Translations under genes and position numbers: made by a program
Shown: one piece after another, positions 9,968 through 20,061 of the stretch
Numbering within the stretch: the first letter of the stretch is position 1
Layout of the letters: each line of letters opens with the position of its first letter
Assembly: GCA_964489445.1 (NCBI GenBank)
Contig: CAZAYU010000006.1
Coordinates: 53,518-117,517 of the forward strand
Direction of reading: 5' to 3'
DNA length: 64,000 nt
Source: an uncultured Planctomycetia bacterium
Lineage (GTDB): Bacteria > Omnitrophota > Gorgyraeia > Duberdicusellales > 4484-171
The notes under the pieces: model-generated
The model's input: the letters and a program-made list of their open reading frames with translations, nothing else
What the model was told of the DNA's origin: nothing
Databases searched by the model: none

Positions 9968-10774
9968 CTAATTTTGCTTAACAGATTTTACGACAATAAA
10001 CCATCCTGTTAAGTCCTTGCTTTTTTTTTGCCTTCCCAACCACTTAAAGAACAAAACACACCTTTGAGCAATCCTGTCTACAATATCATCACTTATGAAT
10101 TTTCTTAATAAACACAATATGCTGTTAACTGGGCTAACTATATGAACAATCACTTCTACCTCCTGAATATCCAACCCGACTTCCTTAAATATTCTTCTAA
10201 TTGAATTCAAATGATAAAAACGACTCAAATATGGCTTAAATTTAAAAATCTCTTGTAACTTAAGCATTGAATAAAAATTAATGTTACTCTTATTGTTAAG
10301 AGCGATTATCATACACCCATCAGGGCTAAGTACTCGTTTTAATTCCCAGAGCGATTTTTTTAAATCATCGGAAACTACAAAATGATCCAAGGTAGAAGTA
10401 GATAGAATAAGACTGAATGCATCTTCTTTAAAAGGCAAGTTTCTTACATCAGCAGTTAAATAGCGATGCTTGAATCCTTTACCATCCATTTTATTATTTG
10501 CAATTTTGGTTATATCTTCAGAAACGTCTAAAGCAAAAATTTCCATTTCTCTGTTTTTTAAGGAAAATAACACTTGATCCGCACCAAATGCTTCCTCACA
10601 AAGATCAGTTTTAAGCAATCTTACCTGTTTTAAATTACTGCTCCATTTTTTGACTAAGCATATGAATTCGTTTGATTTATACTCTCCTAGCACGGGATAA
10701 ATACCCAGACACTTTGACTTATTCTCAGCAAGCTTATCCCAAAACTTCTTTGTACTAATTTGTTTTCCAGACAT
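9968..10774 (-). CDS. Class I SAM-dependent methyltransferase (putative)
   Basis: Divergent motif I, post-I acidic ALDVSEDI, motif II DVRNLPFKEDAFSLILS, motif III LKRVLSPDGCMIIA. Confidence 0.5.
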   Translation of the reverse strand: MSGKQISTKKFWDKLAENKSKCLGIYPVLGEYKSNEFICLVKKWSSNLKQVRLLKTDLCEEAFGADQVLFSLKNREMEIFALDVSEDITKIANNKMDGKGFKHRYLTADVRNLPFKEDAFSLILSTSTLDHFVVSDDLKKSLWELKRVLSPDGCMIIALNNKSNINFYSMLKLQEIFKFKPYLSRFYHLNSIRRIFKEVGLDIQEVEVIVHIVSPVNSILCLLRKFISDDIVDRIAQRCVLFFKWLGRQKKSKDLTGWFIVVKSVKQN

Positions 10775-10864
10775 ATCTAAAAATTACCAACATTCCTATT
10801 TATCGGCCAAAAACAATACTTGAATTGCAAAAAACATTTACTGCTGCACAACAGAGTAAGCCCC

Positions 10865-11947
10865 TCACGCACTGCAAAGTGCATTCTTTACCTTATTAAA
10901 CATTTCTCGATAGCCCTCTTTGTAGCACCCTCTAAATATTAAACAATCCACCATTTTACACCGCCGCATTTCTCTAAATGTTTGAGCTGCCCTCTCTGAT
11001 TTCCAAATATCCTTTAATGAATCGTTAGCTAGGTTACCAATGGGTTCCCGAAATAGACAAACGCGAAGATTGCCATCCTGTTTTATGAATATGTGGCTGG
11101 CAATAATTTCACAATATTTTTTCTTAAGCTGCGCCGAGAAATGATAATAAGCTTTGAGGCGCGCAAACTGTTGTCTAGAGTTAACTATTCCCTTGTTGTA
11201 TTTTTTTCTTCTTACTACCTCACTGATAACATAATCTAGTTTTTTTAAATCCTGGGGGAACAAATAATGTTCCTTGGGAAAACTGAGTTTTTCCGTACCA
11301 CCTGTCATGTTGATGAGCCCCTGAAAGGAAATCTGTATTTTATGCCTATAAGCAAAATTACAGAGATCTAAAATTTCATCTAAATTGTCATCCATAATTG
11401 TGGTATTGATTTGAATCGGAACTTTTCCTTTCAAATGGTCTATCGTCTCCATCACTTTATGGTATGTTCCCTTTATCCCCCTTAGTTTATCGTGCGTCTG
11501 AGGCTGAAAACCATCAAGAGAAATGTTTATCAATGCCGGGTTATTCTTCCTTAATTCCTTGGCTAAACTCTCGGTCATTATTGTTCCATTCGTGGTTATT
11601 AACGGGCTGATATCATTTTGTGAACAAAAATTGATTAATTCCAAAAGGTCTCCTCTACAAAACGGCTCACCTCCATAAAAACGTAAAAAATAGGGACCAA
11701 TGTAGCTTTTTATATCTAAAATAATATTCTTCCATTGCTCAGTTGAAAGTTCTTTGAAGCCAGACATTTTCCATTCCGGACACTGCTGACATTTTAAATT
11801 ACATTTTAGAGTCAACCTTAAATCTATTAAATTAGGCGGCAAATAAAGATTTTTGCCGGATAACGATGAAATTTTTCGAAAAAATTCATTTTTTAAAAAT
11901 CTTACCCCAGAATTAAAAATGATTGTTGACTTTATTCTCATACCCAT
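10865..11947 (-). CDS. Radical SAM/SPASM-domain protein
   Basis: LTLKCNLKCQQCPEW followed by FYGGEPFCRGD, with Cys-rich C-terminus (CEIIASH…CLFRE…CKMVDCLIFRGCYKEG). Confidence 0.75.
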   Translation of the reverse strand: MGMRIKSTIIFNSGVRFLKNEFFRKISSLSGKNLYLPPNLIDLRLTLKCNLKCQQCPEWKMSGFKELSTEQWKNIILDIKSYIGPYFLRFYGGEPFCRGDLLELINFCSQNDISPLITTNGTIMTESLAKELRKNNPALINISLDGFQPQTHDKLRGIKGTYHKVMETIDHLKGKVPIQINTTIMDDNLDEILDLCNFAYRHKIQISFQGLINMTGGTEKLSFPKEHYLFPQDLKKLDYVISEVVRRKKYNKGIVNSRQQFARLKAYYHFSAQLKKKYCEIIASHIFIKQDGNLRVCLFREPIGNLANDSLKDIWKSERAAQTFREMRRCKMVDCLIFRGCYKEGYREMFNKVKNALCSA

Positions 11948-12022
11948 ATAGCAATTTACTTTTAAGCTACATATTTAACAATTGAAAAAGCACAAAAAAT
12001 ATCTCAAAATACACTAGGCATA

Positions 12023-12934
12023 TTACCAAAAGGATAAAAAATTATCTTTTAACGAGTAAGTAGAGTAAAACCCCCAAAGCTCTATCCGCTTAGTGCTATA
12101 GACTCGATCTTCATTAAAAAATTTTAGCTTTCTTCCGATAAACGGAAGACCTAATAGAAATCGATTTAAGAAACCAGGAATATTTAACGGTGGACCAACA
12201 TTGAGCGCTTTGCTAAAAACATTAAAAAGCTCATAAGCCGTAAACACTTCTTTATCGGCAATAAAAAACGAACCTTTAAGAAATTCTTTTTTACTTAAAG
12301 AAAAAATCATTGCTTCAACAACATTTTTCACAAAAATCATGTGAAGTTTTCTTTTTCCGTTATCAACTAATGGTAAAATTCGATGTTTTAGGCCAAACAA
12401 TATTCGTCCTGCCATATGTGAAGCACCTTTTCCGTAGACCATGCAAGGACGGAGAATAACAGCTCTTAAACCTTTTTTGCGATATTCACAGACTTTTTTC
12501 TCGCCTTCTATTTTGGACTCACCATAAATACTTGTCGCTCGGAATGGTAAATCTTCTGTTAGCGGAATTTGAGAGTTTCCACTTACTACAGCTACCGAGC
12601 TTAAATAAACTACTCTTTCAACACCTAATCTTAAAGCCAACAAACAAATATTTTCGGTTCCCAGCACATTTACACAATAAAACGAAGAATGTTTTCTACT
12701 ATCCACACAACCCGCACAATGAAATATAACATCAATCTTATAATTCAAAACTTGGCTAAGGGTATCATTTCGGGTAATATCCGCATAGATAAGTTCTACC
12801 CCAAATTTCTTTATATTCTTTGCTTTATTAGAATTCCGTACCAAACAAAAAAGAGAATGTTTACGGCACTCAGTTAGTCTTTCTACTAAATGCCGACCAA
12901 TAAATCCGCTAGCCCCGGTAATTAAAATATTCAT
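12023..12934 (-). CDS. NAD-dependent sugar epimerase/dehydratase (extended SDR)
   Basis: N-terminal Rossmann ILITGASGFIG and catalytic YGESK (YxxxK). Confidence 0.75.
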   Translation of the reverse strand: MNILITGASGFIGRHLVERLTECRKHSLFCLVRNSNKAKNIKKFGVELIYADITRNDTLSQVLNYKIDVIFHCAGCVDSRKHSSFYCVNVLGTENICLLALRLGVERVVYLSSVAVVSGNSQIPLTEDLPFRATSIYGESKIEGEKKVCEYRKKGLRAVILRPCMVYGKGASHMAGRILFGLKHRILPLVDNGKRKLHMIFVKNVVEAMIFSLSKKEFLKGSFFIADKEVFTAYELFNVFSKALNVGPPLNIPGFLNRFLLGLPFIGRKLKFFNEDRVYSTKRIELWGFYSTYSLKDNFLSFW

Positions 12935-13043
12935 TTTGCCCTAATTTCTTTGCACTAACTAACTGCATAGACATTATTTTTATTACTCACTCAGGCAAAA
13001 CATATTTTAAAAATATATACTCCTCAAAGTACTTTTCTGCCTA

Positions 13044-14207
13044 TTAACTAATAACCAATTCGTAAACTTTTCTTGTTTTTTCAGCCTCAAATTGGGAATC
13101 AAACTTTTTTACACTGAAAAACGCATTATTCCCAAGATATTCCCTGAGTTGCTTATTACATATTAACTTGCTTATTGCACTAGCTAAGGAATCTACATCC
13201 GCAAGTTTGGTTAGCAAGCCATTTTCACCATCTTTAACTAATTCTTTTGCGCAAGAAAGATTAGTAAAAACAACCGCTTTCCCAGCAGCCATTGCTTCTA
13301 AGAGCACTAGGGGTAACCCTTCGTATAAAGATGGCAAAACAAAAATATCACAAATATTTAAAAAATCTTTTATATGCGCCGGAGCAACTGGGCCAATAAT
13401 TACCACTTTATCCTCAAGCTTTAATAATTTTATTTGGATCCTTATATTTTTTAACTCACCACAATCCGGACCAACAATAAACAGCTTTATATTACTGTGT
13501 TTGCCTTGATCAATAACTTTCTTAAAAGCATAAATAAGATATGTGATGCCTTTTCTGGGCAATATACGAATTACGGTCAATATTTTCACCTCATCACCTA
13601 GACCATGCATTCTCTTAAAGCAATCATTTAATTCTAAATTTTGATAATCTCTAACCCTAATACAATTCTCTTGGATTGTTGTCTTATTCTCAATATTCTT
13701 ATTTCGCATAATCTTCAGGATCTCTTCCTGCTGAACATTTGATGGACAAAATATCTGGCTAGCCCTTTTAATTATCCGTCTTCCCACAAAATAATCATAA
13801 AACATCTTCAAAAATTTCAAAACCGGATTTCTAAACTGATAGCCATACACTGTTAATAAAAAAGGAATCCCTGTCCTCTTTGAATACAAATAAACAATAT
13901 CTGTACTATAAGAGCCATACTCGAAGGCATGAATTAAATCAGGATTTTCTTTCTTTAAAACGGAAAAAAACTTAGGGATAATTCGGTAAATCTGTAAGGG
14001 ATTACTAGAAACCTTGAGTGAAATTGTTGGCAAAGTTAGTAATGTGTACCCTTTTAGGCTGCGTCGTTGTATTTCTTTCCCTTTCCCCCCGGCAATTACT
14101 ACTACATCATCAGTTTCTGAAAGTGCCGATGCTAGATTATGGACATGTTTCTCTCGACCACCAATAAAATCCGGATAAGCTGTGTGAGTTGTAAGCGCTA
14201 TTTTCAT
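13044..14207 (-). CDS. Glycosyltransferase family 4 (GT-B, group 1)
   Basis: C-terminal EGLPLVLLEAMAAGKAVVFT…GENGLL motif (E-x7-E). Confidence 0.75.
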   Translation of the reverse strand: MKIALTTHTAYPDFIGGREKHVHNLASALSETDDVVVIAGGKGKEIQRRSLKGYTLLTLPTISLKVSSNPLQIYRIIPKFFSVLKKENPDLIHAFEYGSYSTDIVYLYSKRTGIPFLLTVYGYQFRNPVLKFLKMFYDYFVGRRIIKRASQIFCPSNVQQEEILKIMRNKNIENKTTIQENCIRVRDYQNLELNDCFKRMHGLGDEVKILTVIRILPRKGITYLIYAFKKVIDQGKHSNIKLFIVGPDCGELKNIRIQIKLLKLEDKVVIIGPVAPAHIKDFLNICDIFVLPSLYEGLPLVLLEAMAAGKAVVFTNLSCAKELVKDGENGLLTKLADVDSLASAISKLICNKQLREYLGNNAFFSVKKFDSQFEAEKTRKVYELVIS

Positions 14208-14232
14208 AGTTATTAAAATAAATAATTTTGAC

Positions 14233-14973
14233 TTATTTTATAAACGCACTCTTAGGAAATAATGTTCGCCTTTTCAAGGCCAAGGATACCACCCGAAAAA
14301 AAGCTTCAATGATTATCCCTGAGGACATTTTGGATTTTTCCTTTTTTCTCCCGCAAAAAACAATAGGCTGCTCAATTATTATGAATCCCTTCAAAAAAGC
14401 TCTATAAACCATCTCTATTTGGAAAGCATACCCCTTAGAGAGTATCGTATTAAAATTAATGTTTTCTAGCACTTTTCTCTTTACACACTTAAAACCACTG
14501 GTTAAATCATTTAGCGGAATAGCCAGCAAAATTTTAGAAAAAATATTTGCGCTTTTGCTCAATAACACTCGACTTAATGGCCAGCCCAAAACACCCCCTC
14601 CATGAATATACCGACTACCAATAACCAAATCGTATTTTTCCATCAGAGTAACCATTTCAATAATTTTTTCCGGAGAATGAGACAAATCAGCATCAATTTG
14701 GATTATAACATCAAATCCTCTAGATAACGCATAGCCAAAACCCTCAATGTACGCAGTGCCTAATCCCTGCTGACAGTCTCTGGTAATTAAATGTAGGCTA
14801 TGATGTTTTTCCTGCAGTTTTTTAACTTTTTGATATGTTTTGTCTGGAGAATTATCATCAACAACTAAGACTGATAATTGAATATTTAAGGAGTATATTC
14901 TCTGGACAAGAAAACATATATTCTCAGCTTCATTGTACGTGGGTACAATAACTATTGTCTTTCCCGTCATCAT
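14233..14973 (-). CDS. Polyprenyl-phosphate glycosyltransferase, Dpm1/Ppm1-like GT2 (soluble form)
   Basis: IVIVPTYNEAENI, VVDDNSPDKT, IQIDADLSHSP and GSRY motifs typical of dolichyl/polyprenyl-phosphate mannose synthase. Confidence 0.75.
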   Translation of the reverse strand: MMTGKTIVIVPTYNEAENICFLVQRIYSLNIQLSVLVVDDNSPDKTYQKVKKLQEKHHSLHLITRDCQQGLGTAYIEGFGYALSRGFDVIIQIDADLSHSPEKIIEMVTLMEKYDLVIGSRYIHGGGVLGWPLSRVLLSKSANIFSKILLAIPLNDLTSGFKCVKRKVLENINFNTILSKGYAFQIEMVYRAFLKGFIIIEQPIVFCGRKKEKSKMSSGIIIEAFFRVVSLALKRRTLFPKSAFIK

Positions 14974-15031
14974 CTAACCAATCACTTTTTTTTAATAACC
15001 GACCCTTAGCGCTTATTGAGATATGGCCTAC

Positions 15032-16327
15032 CTATAAAAAACCAGAAATTTTTTTGCTTTCAATAATTACATCTTCCATTGATAAATAACGCCAGCCACC
15101 AAATCGGCCGCAGACAATAATGTTATTTTTTAAGAAAAATTGTAAAATTTTCTTCCGAGCCTCAGTATACTGTTTATCATAGATTACATATGCATACTTC
15201 AAATCATTCACGTTACAACAGCAAATTTTATTGCTGCTTTTTAGAATTCCTGTTCTTCGTAATGCTAACTCAACTTCTGATAAGATTGTTTTTTGATCAA
15301 AATCTTTTTGTCCTAGATAAGTTAGTTCAATATATAATGAGCTACTATTCTTCGGAGTTAAAGCTAAAGAAAAATTATGAAAAAATCCTACACGAAAAAA
15401 TGGTATATTCTTTTGCGGAAAATAGACCCAATGAGATTTTGGCCAAACACTGCCGGTTACCCCCAGGTTAATGTTGTACACCGAAAGCCAATTAAGTTTA
15501 TCCAGAGAAGACAATATACCCTTTGGCAATTCTTCGGTAATTCGCCCTAGCTCTGGCAATGGCATAGTAGATACGAGGGTATCAAACTTCTCTTTTCGCC
15601 CACTTTCAAACTCGATGCTCTTTCCTGTTAAATTAATCCTTGTTAACCGCTGGTTTAATTCTATTTTTTCTGTTTTTCGAGAAAATGCACCCACCAGCTC
15701 TTCTATACCTCCTTGTTTAGGATACCAAAAAAAATGGTTATACCCATAATTCTTCTGCCTGCAATCGTTAGATTGATGCTTAAAGTCATCAGGAGAAGGA
15801 ACAACAACAAACCTTTCCGCCCAGTCAGCCATGATATCCTGTAAAGGAAACCTCCAAAACTTTTGATTATAAGGAATCATGAAATATCGAGCAATCCCTG
15901 CACCAAATTTTTTATTTATCCATTCTAGTAAATTTTTTGCAGCAAACTTACTCTTCTTAGCCCGTGACACTTTCATGAAGTTAGATAGGCAATCTTGGGC
16001 GATCTTTTTAGAAAGATAGTTAAAATGCACCTGAAAAGGATAGGGAATATATTTTTTAGATACTCTCACATATGCATTTCTTTTGTGTTTAACAAGGTTT
16101 CCTCCAATTATTTTTTTCACTAAAGCTAAAATTTTTGGATTACGGAAATGTAAGATATGCCCACTATAATCAAAAATAAACCCACGCTTATGAATAGACC
16201 TACATAATCCTCCTGGCTCTTTTTCTTTTTCAAAGATATAAGCTTTTTTCCTTTTTTTATGCAGAAAATAATTTAATGATAATCCGGATAATCCTGCTCC
16301 AATAATTATATTTTTTTTCTTACTCAT
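15032..16327 (-). CDS. FAD/NAD(P)-binding oxidoreductase (amine-oxidase / UDP-galactopyranose-mutase-like fold)
   Basis: N-terminal IIIGAGLSGLSLNYFL…FEKEKEPGGL dinucleotide-binding motif. Exact function cannot be assigned from sequence alone. Confidence 0.5.
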   Translation of the reverse strand: MSKKKNIIIGAGLSGLSLNYFLHKKRKKAYIFEKEKEPGGLCRSIHKRGFIFDYSGHILHFRNPKILALVKKIIGGNLVKHKRNAYVRVSKKYIPYPFQVHFNYLSKKIAQDCLSNFMKVSRAKKSKFAAKNLLEWINKKFGAGIARYFMIPYNQKFWRFPLQDIMADWAERFVVVPSPDDFKHQSNDCRQKNYGYNHFFWYPKQGGIEELVGAFSRKTEKIELNQRLTRINLTGKSIEFESGRKEKFDTLVSTMPLPELGRITEELPKGILSSLDKLNWLSVYNINLGVTGSVWPKSHWVYFPQKNIPFFRVGFFHNFSLALTPKNSSSLYIELTYLGQKDFDQKTILSEVELALRRTGILKSSNKICCCNVNDLKYAYVIYDKQYTEARKKILQFFLKNNIIVCGRFGGWRYLSMEDVIIESKKISGFL

Positions 16328-16388
16328 TAGAAATTACCAATAATTATATTTTTTTTAAAAAGAGTGGCATAACTAAAATAGCCAGAAA

Positions 16389-17495
16389 CTATTTCTTCAA
16401 ATCTAAATGTTTTTCAATTTCTTCTAAAAAAGCGGTTAATTTGTGTAAGTTTTGGTTAACATCCTGAGAATCGCAATTGATTTGTTGTAAAGTTTGATCA
16501 ACTATCTGTGTATTGTTAATAATCTTTCCTAATAAATCAACTACTTCTAAAAACCTTTCCTTAAGTAACCCTAAATCACTAGTCGTTATCTCTTTCGCCT
16601 CTAAAAAATTATCATTCAATGATCTTAATTCACTATTAACGGTCTCATGTTTTATAGATAACTCCTGAAATAGACGAATGATCTCAAAAGAATTACCATT
16701 AATAGTTCTTACATCCTCATGGAAAAGCCCTAAAAGCTGTTTTAATTCTTCATTCTTGTTTGCAAAAACATGCAATAAATTATTTATTTCGACAAAGGCC
16801 TCTTTAAAGGACTTTAAATCAGCTTCCACAGACTCTTGGAACGCCTTATCTTGTTTAACCGTTTGGTCTAAAAAGTTGTTCGTACTCAACGATACGTCAT
16901 TTAGAGACTTTAAACCAGCTCCCACAGACTCTTGGAATATTTTGTCCTGTTCAACTGTCTGGCTTAAGGAGTTATCTACGCTTAGGGATACGTCATTTAG
17001 AGACTTTAAACCAGCTCCCACAGACTCTTGGAATATCTTATCCTGTTCAACTGTCTGGCTTAAGGAGTTATCTACGCTTAGGGATACGTCATTTAGAGAC
17101 TTTAAATTGGCTCCCACAGACTTTTGGAATATTTTGTCCTGTTCAGCTGTCTGGCTTAAGGAGTTATTTACGCTTAGGGATACGTCATTTAGAGACTTTA
17201 AACCAGCCCCCACAGACTCTTGGAATATCTTATCCTGTTTATTCATTTGATTTAAGGAGCTAACTACTATGCTTAAACTTTTCACAATTGAAACATTGTA
17301 TATTTTTATATTAAAAATAAAATCACCGATATTAGCTAAAAATCTAAACACAACAGCAACAACCGCCCCAGTTAATAAAACAACACTATACTTCTCCCAA
17401 GAGCCGGCACACCAGATTCCTCCAAGTATAGCGCCAATAAATAATGCACTCCAAGAAAAAGCTATCAACGCCCAACCTATGAATGTACGTTGCAT
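16389..17495 (-). CDS. Membrane-anchored coiled-coil repeat protein (2 N-terminal TM helices + ~5 x 32-aa tandem repeats)
   Basis: N-terminus WALIAFSWSALFIGAILGGIW… followed by repeats (E)QDKIFQESVGAGLKSLNDVSLSVDNSLSQTV, encoded by a 96-bp DNA tandem array. A further heptad-rich alpha-helical tail follows. Confidence 0.6.
   Translation of the reverse strand: MQRTFIGWALIAFSWSALFIGAILGGIWCAGSWEKYSVVLLTGAVVAVVFRFLANIGDFIFNIKIYNVSIVKSLSIVVSSLNQMNKQDKIFQESVGAGLKSLNDVSLSVNNSLSQTAEQDKIFQKSVGANLKSLNDVSLSVDNSLSQTVEQDKIFQESVGAGLKSLNDVSLSVDNSLSQTVEQDKIFQESVGAGLKSLNDVSLSTNNFLDQTVKQDKAFQESVEADLKSFKEAFVEINNLLHVFANKNEELKQLLGLFHEDVRTINGNSFEIIRLFQELSIKHETVNSELRSLNDNFLEAKEITTSDLGLLKERFLEVVDLLGKIINNTQIVDQTLQQINCDSQDVNQNLHKLTAFLEEIEKHLDLKK
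16780..17255. repeat. Tandem 96-bp repeat array (~5 copies, near-identical) inside the coiled-coil gene
   Basis: The motif gatacgtcatttagagactttaaaccagctcccacagactcttggaatat recurs at 16891, 16987, 17083 and 17179, with a degenerate copy near 16795. Confidence 0.85.
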
Positions 17496-18838
17496 ACTAC
17501 CCCCTTATTTACTAACAATTTTTTTTGTGAATCAAGCAATAAATTAAAAATGCCTGGAATTTCTGCGTTTAAGCCATTGAGCCACTTGTCAAAATTAAGC
17601 GTGAACGCTTTTATTAATCTTTGATTTACAATAGGATGCTTCTTAATAAGAAAATCCTCCCAATTATTATGTAAATCCAACATTAATAGCAACCTTTTAG
17701 AAAATAGCGATAGGCTGGTATCCCTGCCCCCTAATATATTTTCCAGTAAAATATTCAGAGTTCCGCCAATAAATACAGAATCTACTAATCTTTTTTTTAA
17801 AAGATTACCGGTTAAAAGAGCAAATACTAAAAAATTTTGAAAAAAACCAGAACGCTTATTTAATAATGTTCGTAATGAACTACTTTTTGAATCTAAATGA
17901 TAAAAAAAAGTCAAATCTACCATACTAAAGTATAAAACAGAAAAAGGGATATTTCTTATATCTTGTATTGAATTTTTTTTCTGATAAATGAACAAAAAAT
18001 CCTGGAAAAAAAGATACATGCAAAGTAAAAAATCAATATACATTAACTTTAATCTTTTATGTAAAAAGTCATCGGTCATAAATCTATTGGCTAAACCAAT
18101 ATTCTCCTTTATCTTCACCGACAATTTTTGATAATCACGATAGTACCCTTTTCCCTGATGATACATGAAATTCCAATTCCAATACGCACTAAACAAAGAA
18201 GAAAGGCTGTCCTTTTTTGTATGGTAGACTAGGGCTTCAGGCACATAGACTAAACTGTATCCCAACCTTTTAACTTTCTTTGATATATCCACATCCTCAT
18301 AGTTAGTCGCATATTTTTCATTATAGCCACCTGAGTTTAAAATACATTTTTTCCGAAAAACTGTGTTAGATCCAAATAAAAACCGAATCGAACTTGTTTT
18401 TTTCTCTCCCCACTCCTGTTTCATATGAACCGCACGCCAAGAATCAATGATGTGCTTTGTCTTTCTTTCCAGCATTCTCCCCCCCACACCCCCTACTTTT
18501 GGTGAAATAAAACTATTCATTAAATTTTCAAGCCATTTTTCATCAACTACACAATCTGCATCTACAGCTGCTATAAACTCACCATTGGAACTTTTAACTG
18601 CTGTATTTCTTACTGCCGCTAACCCTTTGTTGGTTTTGTGTTTGATTAATTTAACTGGAAATTTTAAGGCTAATTTGCTGGTTTCATCTACGGAGCCATC
18701 GTCAATAACCAATATTTCTTCTATCGGATAAGACTGTTTTAAAACCGCCTTTAGGCAACGTTCAATATACTCTGCCGCATTAAAGCATGGTATATAAACA
18801 GTAACTTTAAACTTTGCAGTATTTCTTTTTTTACTCAT
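17477..18838 (-). CDS. Glycosyltransferase family 2 with C-terminal membrane domain
   Basis: VYIPCFNAAEYI…VIDDGSVDET…AVDADC (DxD) GT-A motifs. The C-terminal ~200 aa is hydrophobic. Confidence 0.75.
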   Translation of the reverse strand: MSKKRNTAKFKVTVYIPCFNAAEYIERCLKAVLKQSYPIEEILVIDDGSVDETSKLALKFPVKLIKHKTNKGLAAVRNTAVKSSNGEFIAAVDADCVVDEKWLENLMNSFISPKVGGVGGRMLERKTKHIIDSWRAVHMKQEWGEKKTSSIRFLFGSNTVFRKKCILNSGGYNEKYATNYEDVDISKKVKRLGYSLVYVPEALVYHTKKDSLSSLFSAYWNWNFMYHQGKGYYRDYQKLSVKIKENIGLANRFMTDDFLHKRLKLMYIDFLLCMYLFFQDFLFIYQKKNSIQDIRNIPFSVLYFSMVDLTFFYHLDSKSSSLRTLLNKRSGFFQNFLVFALLTGNLLKKRLVDSVFIGGTLNILLENILGGRDTSLSLFSKRLLLMLDLHNNWEDFLIKKHPIVNQRLIKAFTLNFDKWLNGLNAEIPGIFNLLLDSQKKLLVNKGVVCNVHS

Positions 18839-20061
18839 CTCAACGTTTTGAGCTTTTCTTCTAATATTTTTTCTGTTTCGTCTAGTTCTGCCAATAAGGA
18901 ATTTATTCTTTCCTTACTAATTTCTTTATCTATCTTAAGTTGAGACATTTTGTTTCTTTTTCCCAAATAACCTTTAAATCGCCTCAATAAAGCAAATAAT
19001 GGTTCTCGACACAAAAGATAAAATCTTAATCTTTTTAACCACCTTTCGCATAGCTTAACGAAATAAACAGATAACCCATTTTTTTTAACTAATACAGCAT
19101 TAAAACTCAGCCTGCTCTTTAAGTTGTCCTGTTTAAACGATTCATCGTAGCAGCTCATCATGCAACCCACACAGCCTTTACTCTTTATTTTTTCGCGTAT
19201 CCGATTATGATGTGCAGAATCCCATAAATCAAACAACTGTCGCTCTTTAATATTACCAATAAGTTGTTTTTTATCTTTAATAACCCAGCATGGATAGATG
19301 TCCCCGTTTGAAGTTATCGGGCATGAAGCCCATAACGCACCACAAGCACTCCCATTAATAGATTGTTTGCTTAAATAGAGTGGTATCTTTTGCAAGTAAG
19401 CCTGTGGATTGGTAGCAATCCCAGTTTTTTGACAAAATATTATAATTTTTTCCATTATCTGTTTTAAAGCATGCGCTTGCTGAATAGAAATAAAAAAATC
19501 CGACTCCCGCGTTCGATCGTTCATGAATAATGCATTAAACGGCTGAAATTTTAACGTAGTAACTTTATGCTGAAGAGCTATTTCGGCAATTGTATACAAA
19601 TGCCGAAAATTATACTGAGAAACTGTTGAAGCAATTGTTGCTTCGATCTTATTCTTGTTTAGATTACATAAAGCAGAGATTGCTTTTTGGAAAGAGCCTG
19701 GCCCTCTTAATGAATCATTAACTTCTTGCGGCCCCTCTATTGAAATATTAACAACATCTGTCCCAACTTCAGCTAAAGCAAAAGCAATCTTTTCATTTAT
19801 TAAGCTTCCATTCGAAGTAATACATACTCGCATATGTTTTTTTTTAGTGAATAAAATCAAATCAAATATATCATCCCTTAATAACGGTTCGCCACCAGAA
19901 AAAACTACTGTCGGAGCGCCAATTCTAAACGCATCCTCAATAATTTGCTTGCATTGCACATTAGGAATATCCTGAGGTTTGTTTTTAGGAACTTCACACA
20001 TCTTGCAGGAGGAATTACAGCGATTAGTTATCGAAATAATAACTTCTTTTGGACTATGCAT
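18835..20061 (-). CDS. Radical SAM/SPASM protein (family B, tandem paralogue 1 of 4) with coiled-coil C-terminal tail
   Basis: SITNRCNSSCKMCEV followed by FSGGEPLLRDD. Confidence 0.8.
   Translation of the reverse strand: MHSPKEVIISITNRCNSSCKMCEVPKNKPQDIPNVQCKQIIEDAFRIGAPTVVFSGGEPLLRDDIFDLILFTKKKHMRVCITSNGSLINEKIAFALAEVGTDVVNISIEGPQEVNDSLRGPGSFQKAISALCNLNKNKIEATIASTVSQYNFRHLYTIAEIALQHKVTTLKFQPFNALFMNDRTRESDFFISIQQAHALKQIMEKIIIFCQKTGIATNPQAYLQKIPLYLSKQSINGSACGALWASCPITSNGDIYPCWVIKDKKQLIGNIKERQLFDLWDSAHHNRIREKIKSKGCVGCMMSCYDESFKQDNLKSRLSFNAVLVKKNGLSVYFVKLCERWLKRLRFYLLCREPLFALLRRFKGYLGKRNKMSQLKIDKEISKERINSLLAELDETEKILEEKLKTLR

Noticed and set aside
16678-17250. 190-aa plus-strand ORF across the 96-bp tandem repeats (and other plus-strand ORFs such as 6215..6526, 15190..15749, 20070..20414, 37226..37540, 60888..61364)
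   Set aside because: All lie entirely inside well-supported minus-strand genes, have low-complexity or repeat-driven composition, and have no RBS or start context. They are antisense shadow frames. The 16678 ORF is open only because the repeat lacks stops on that strand.
16780-17255. Possibility that the 96-bp near-perfect tandem array is a CRISPR array
   Set aside because: The units are contiguous with no intervening unique spacers and sit in-frame inside a protein-coding gene (32-aa repeats). No cas genes occur anywhere in the window.
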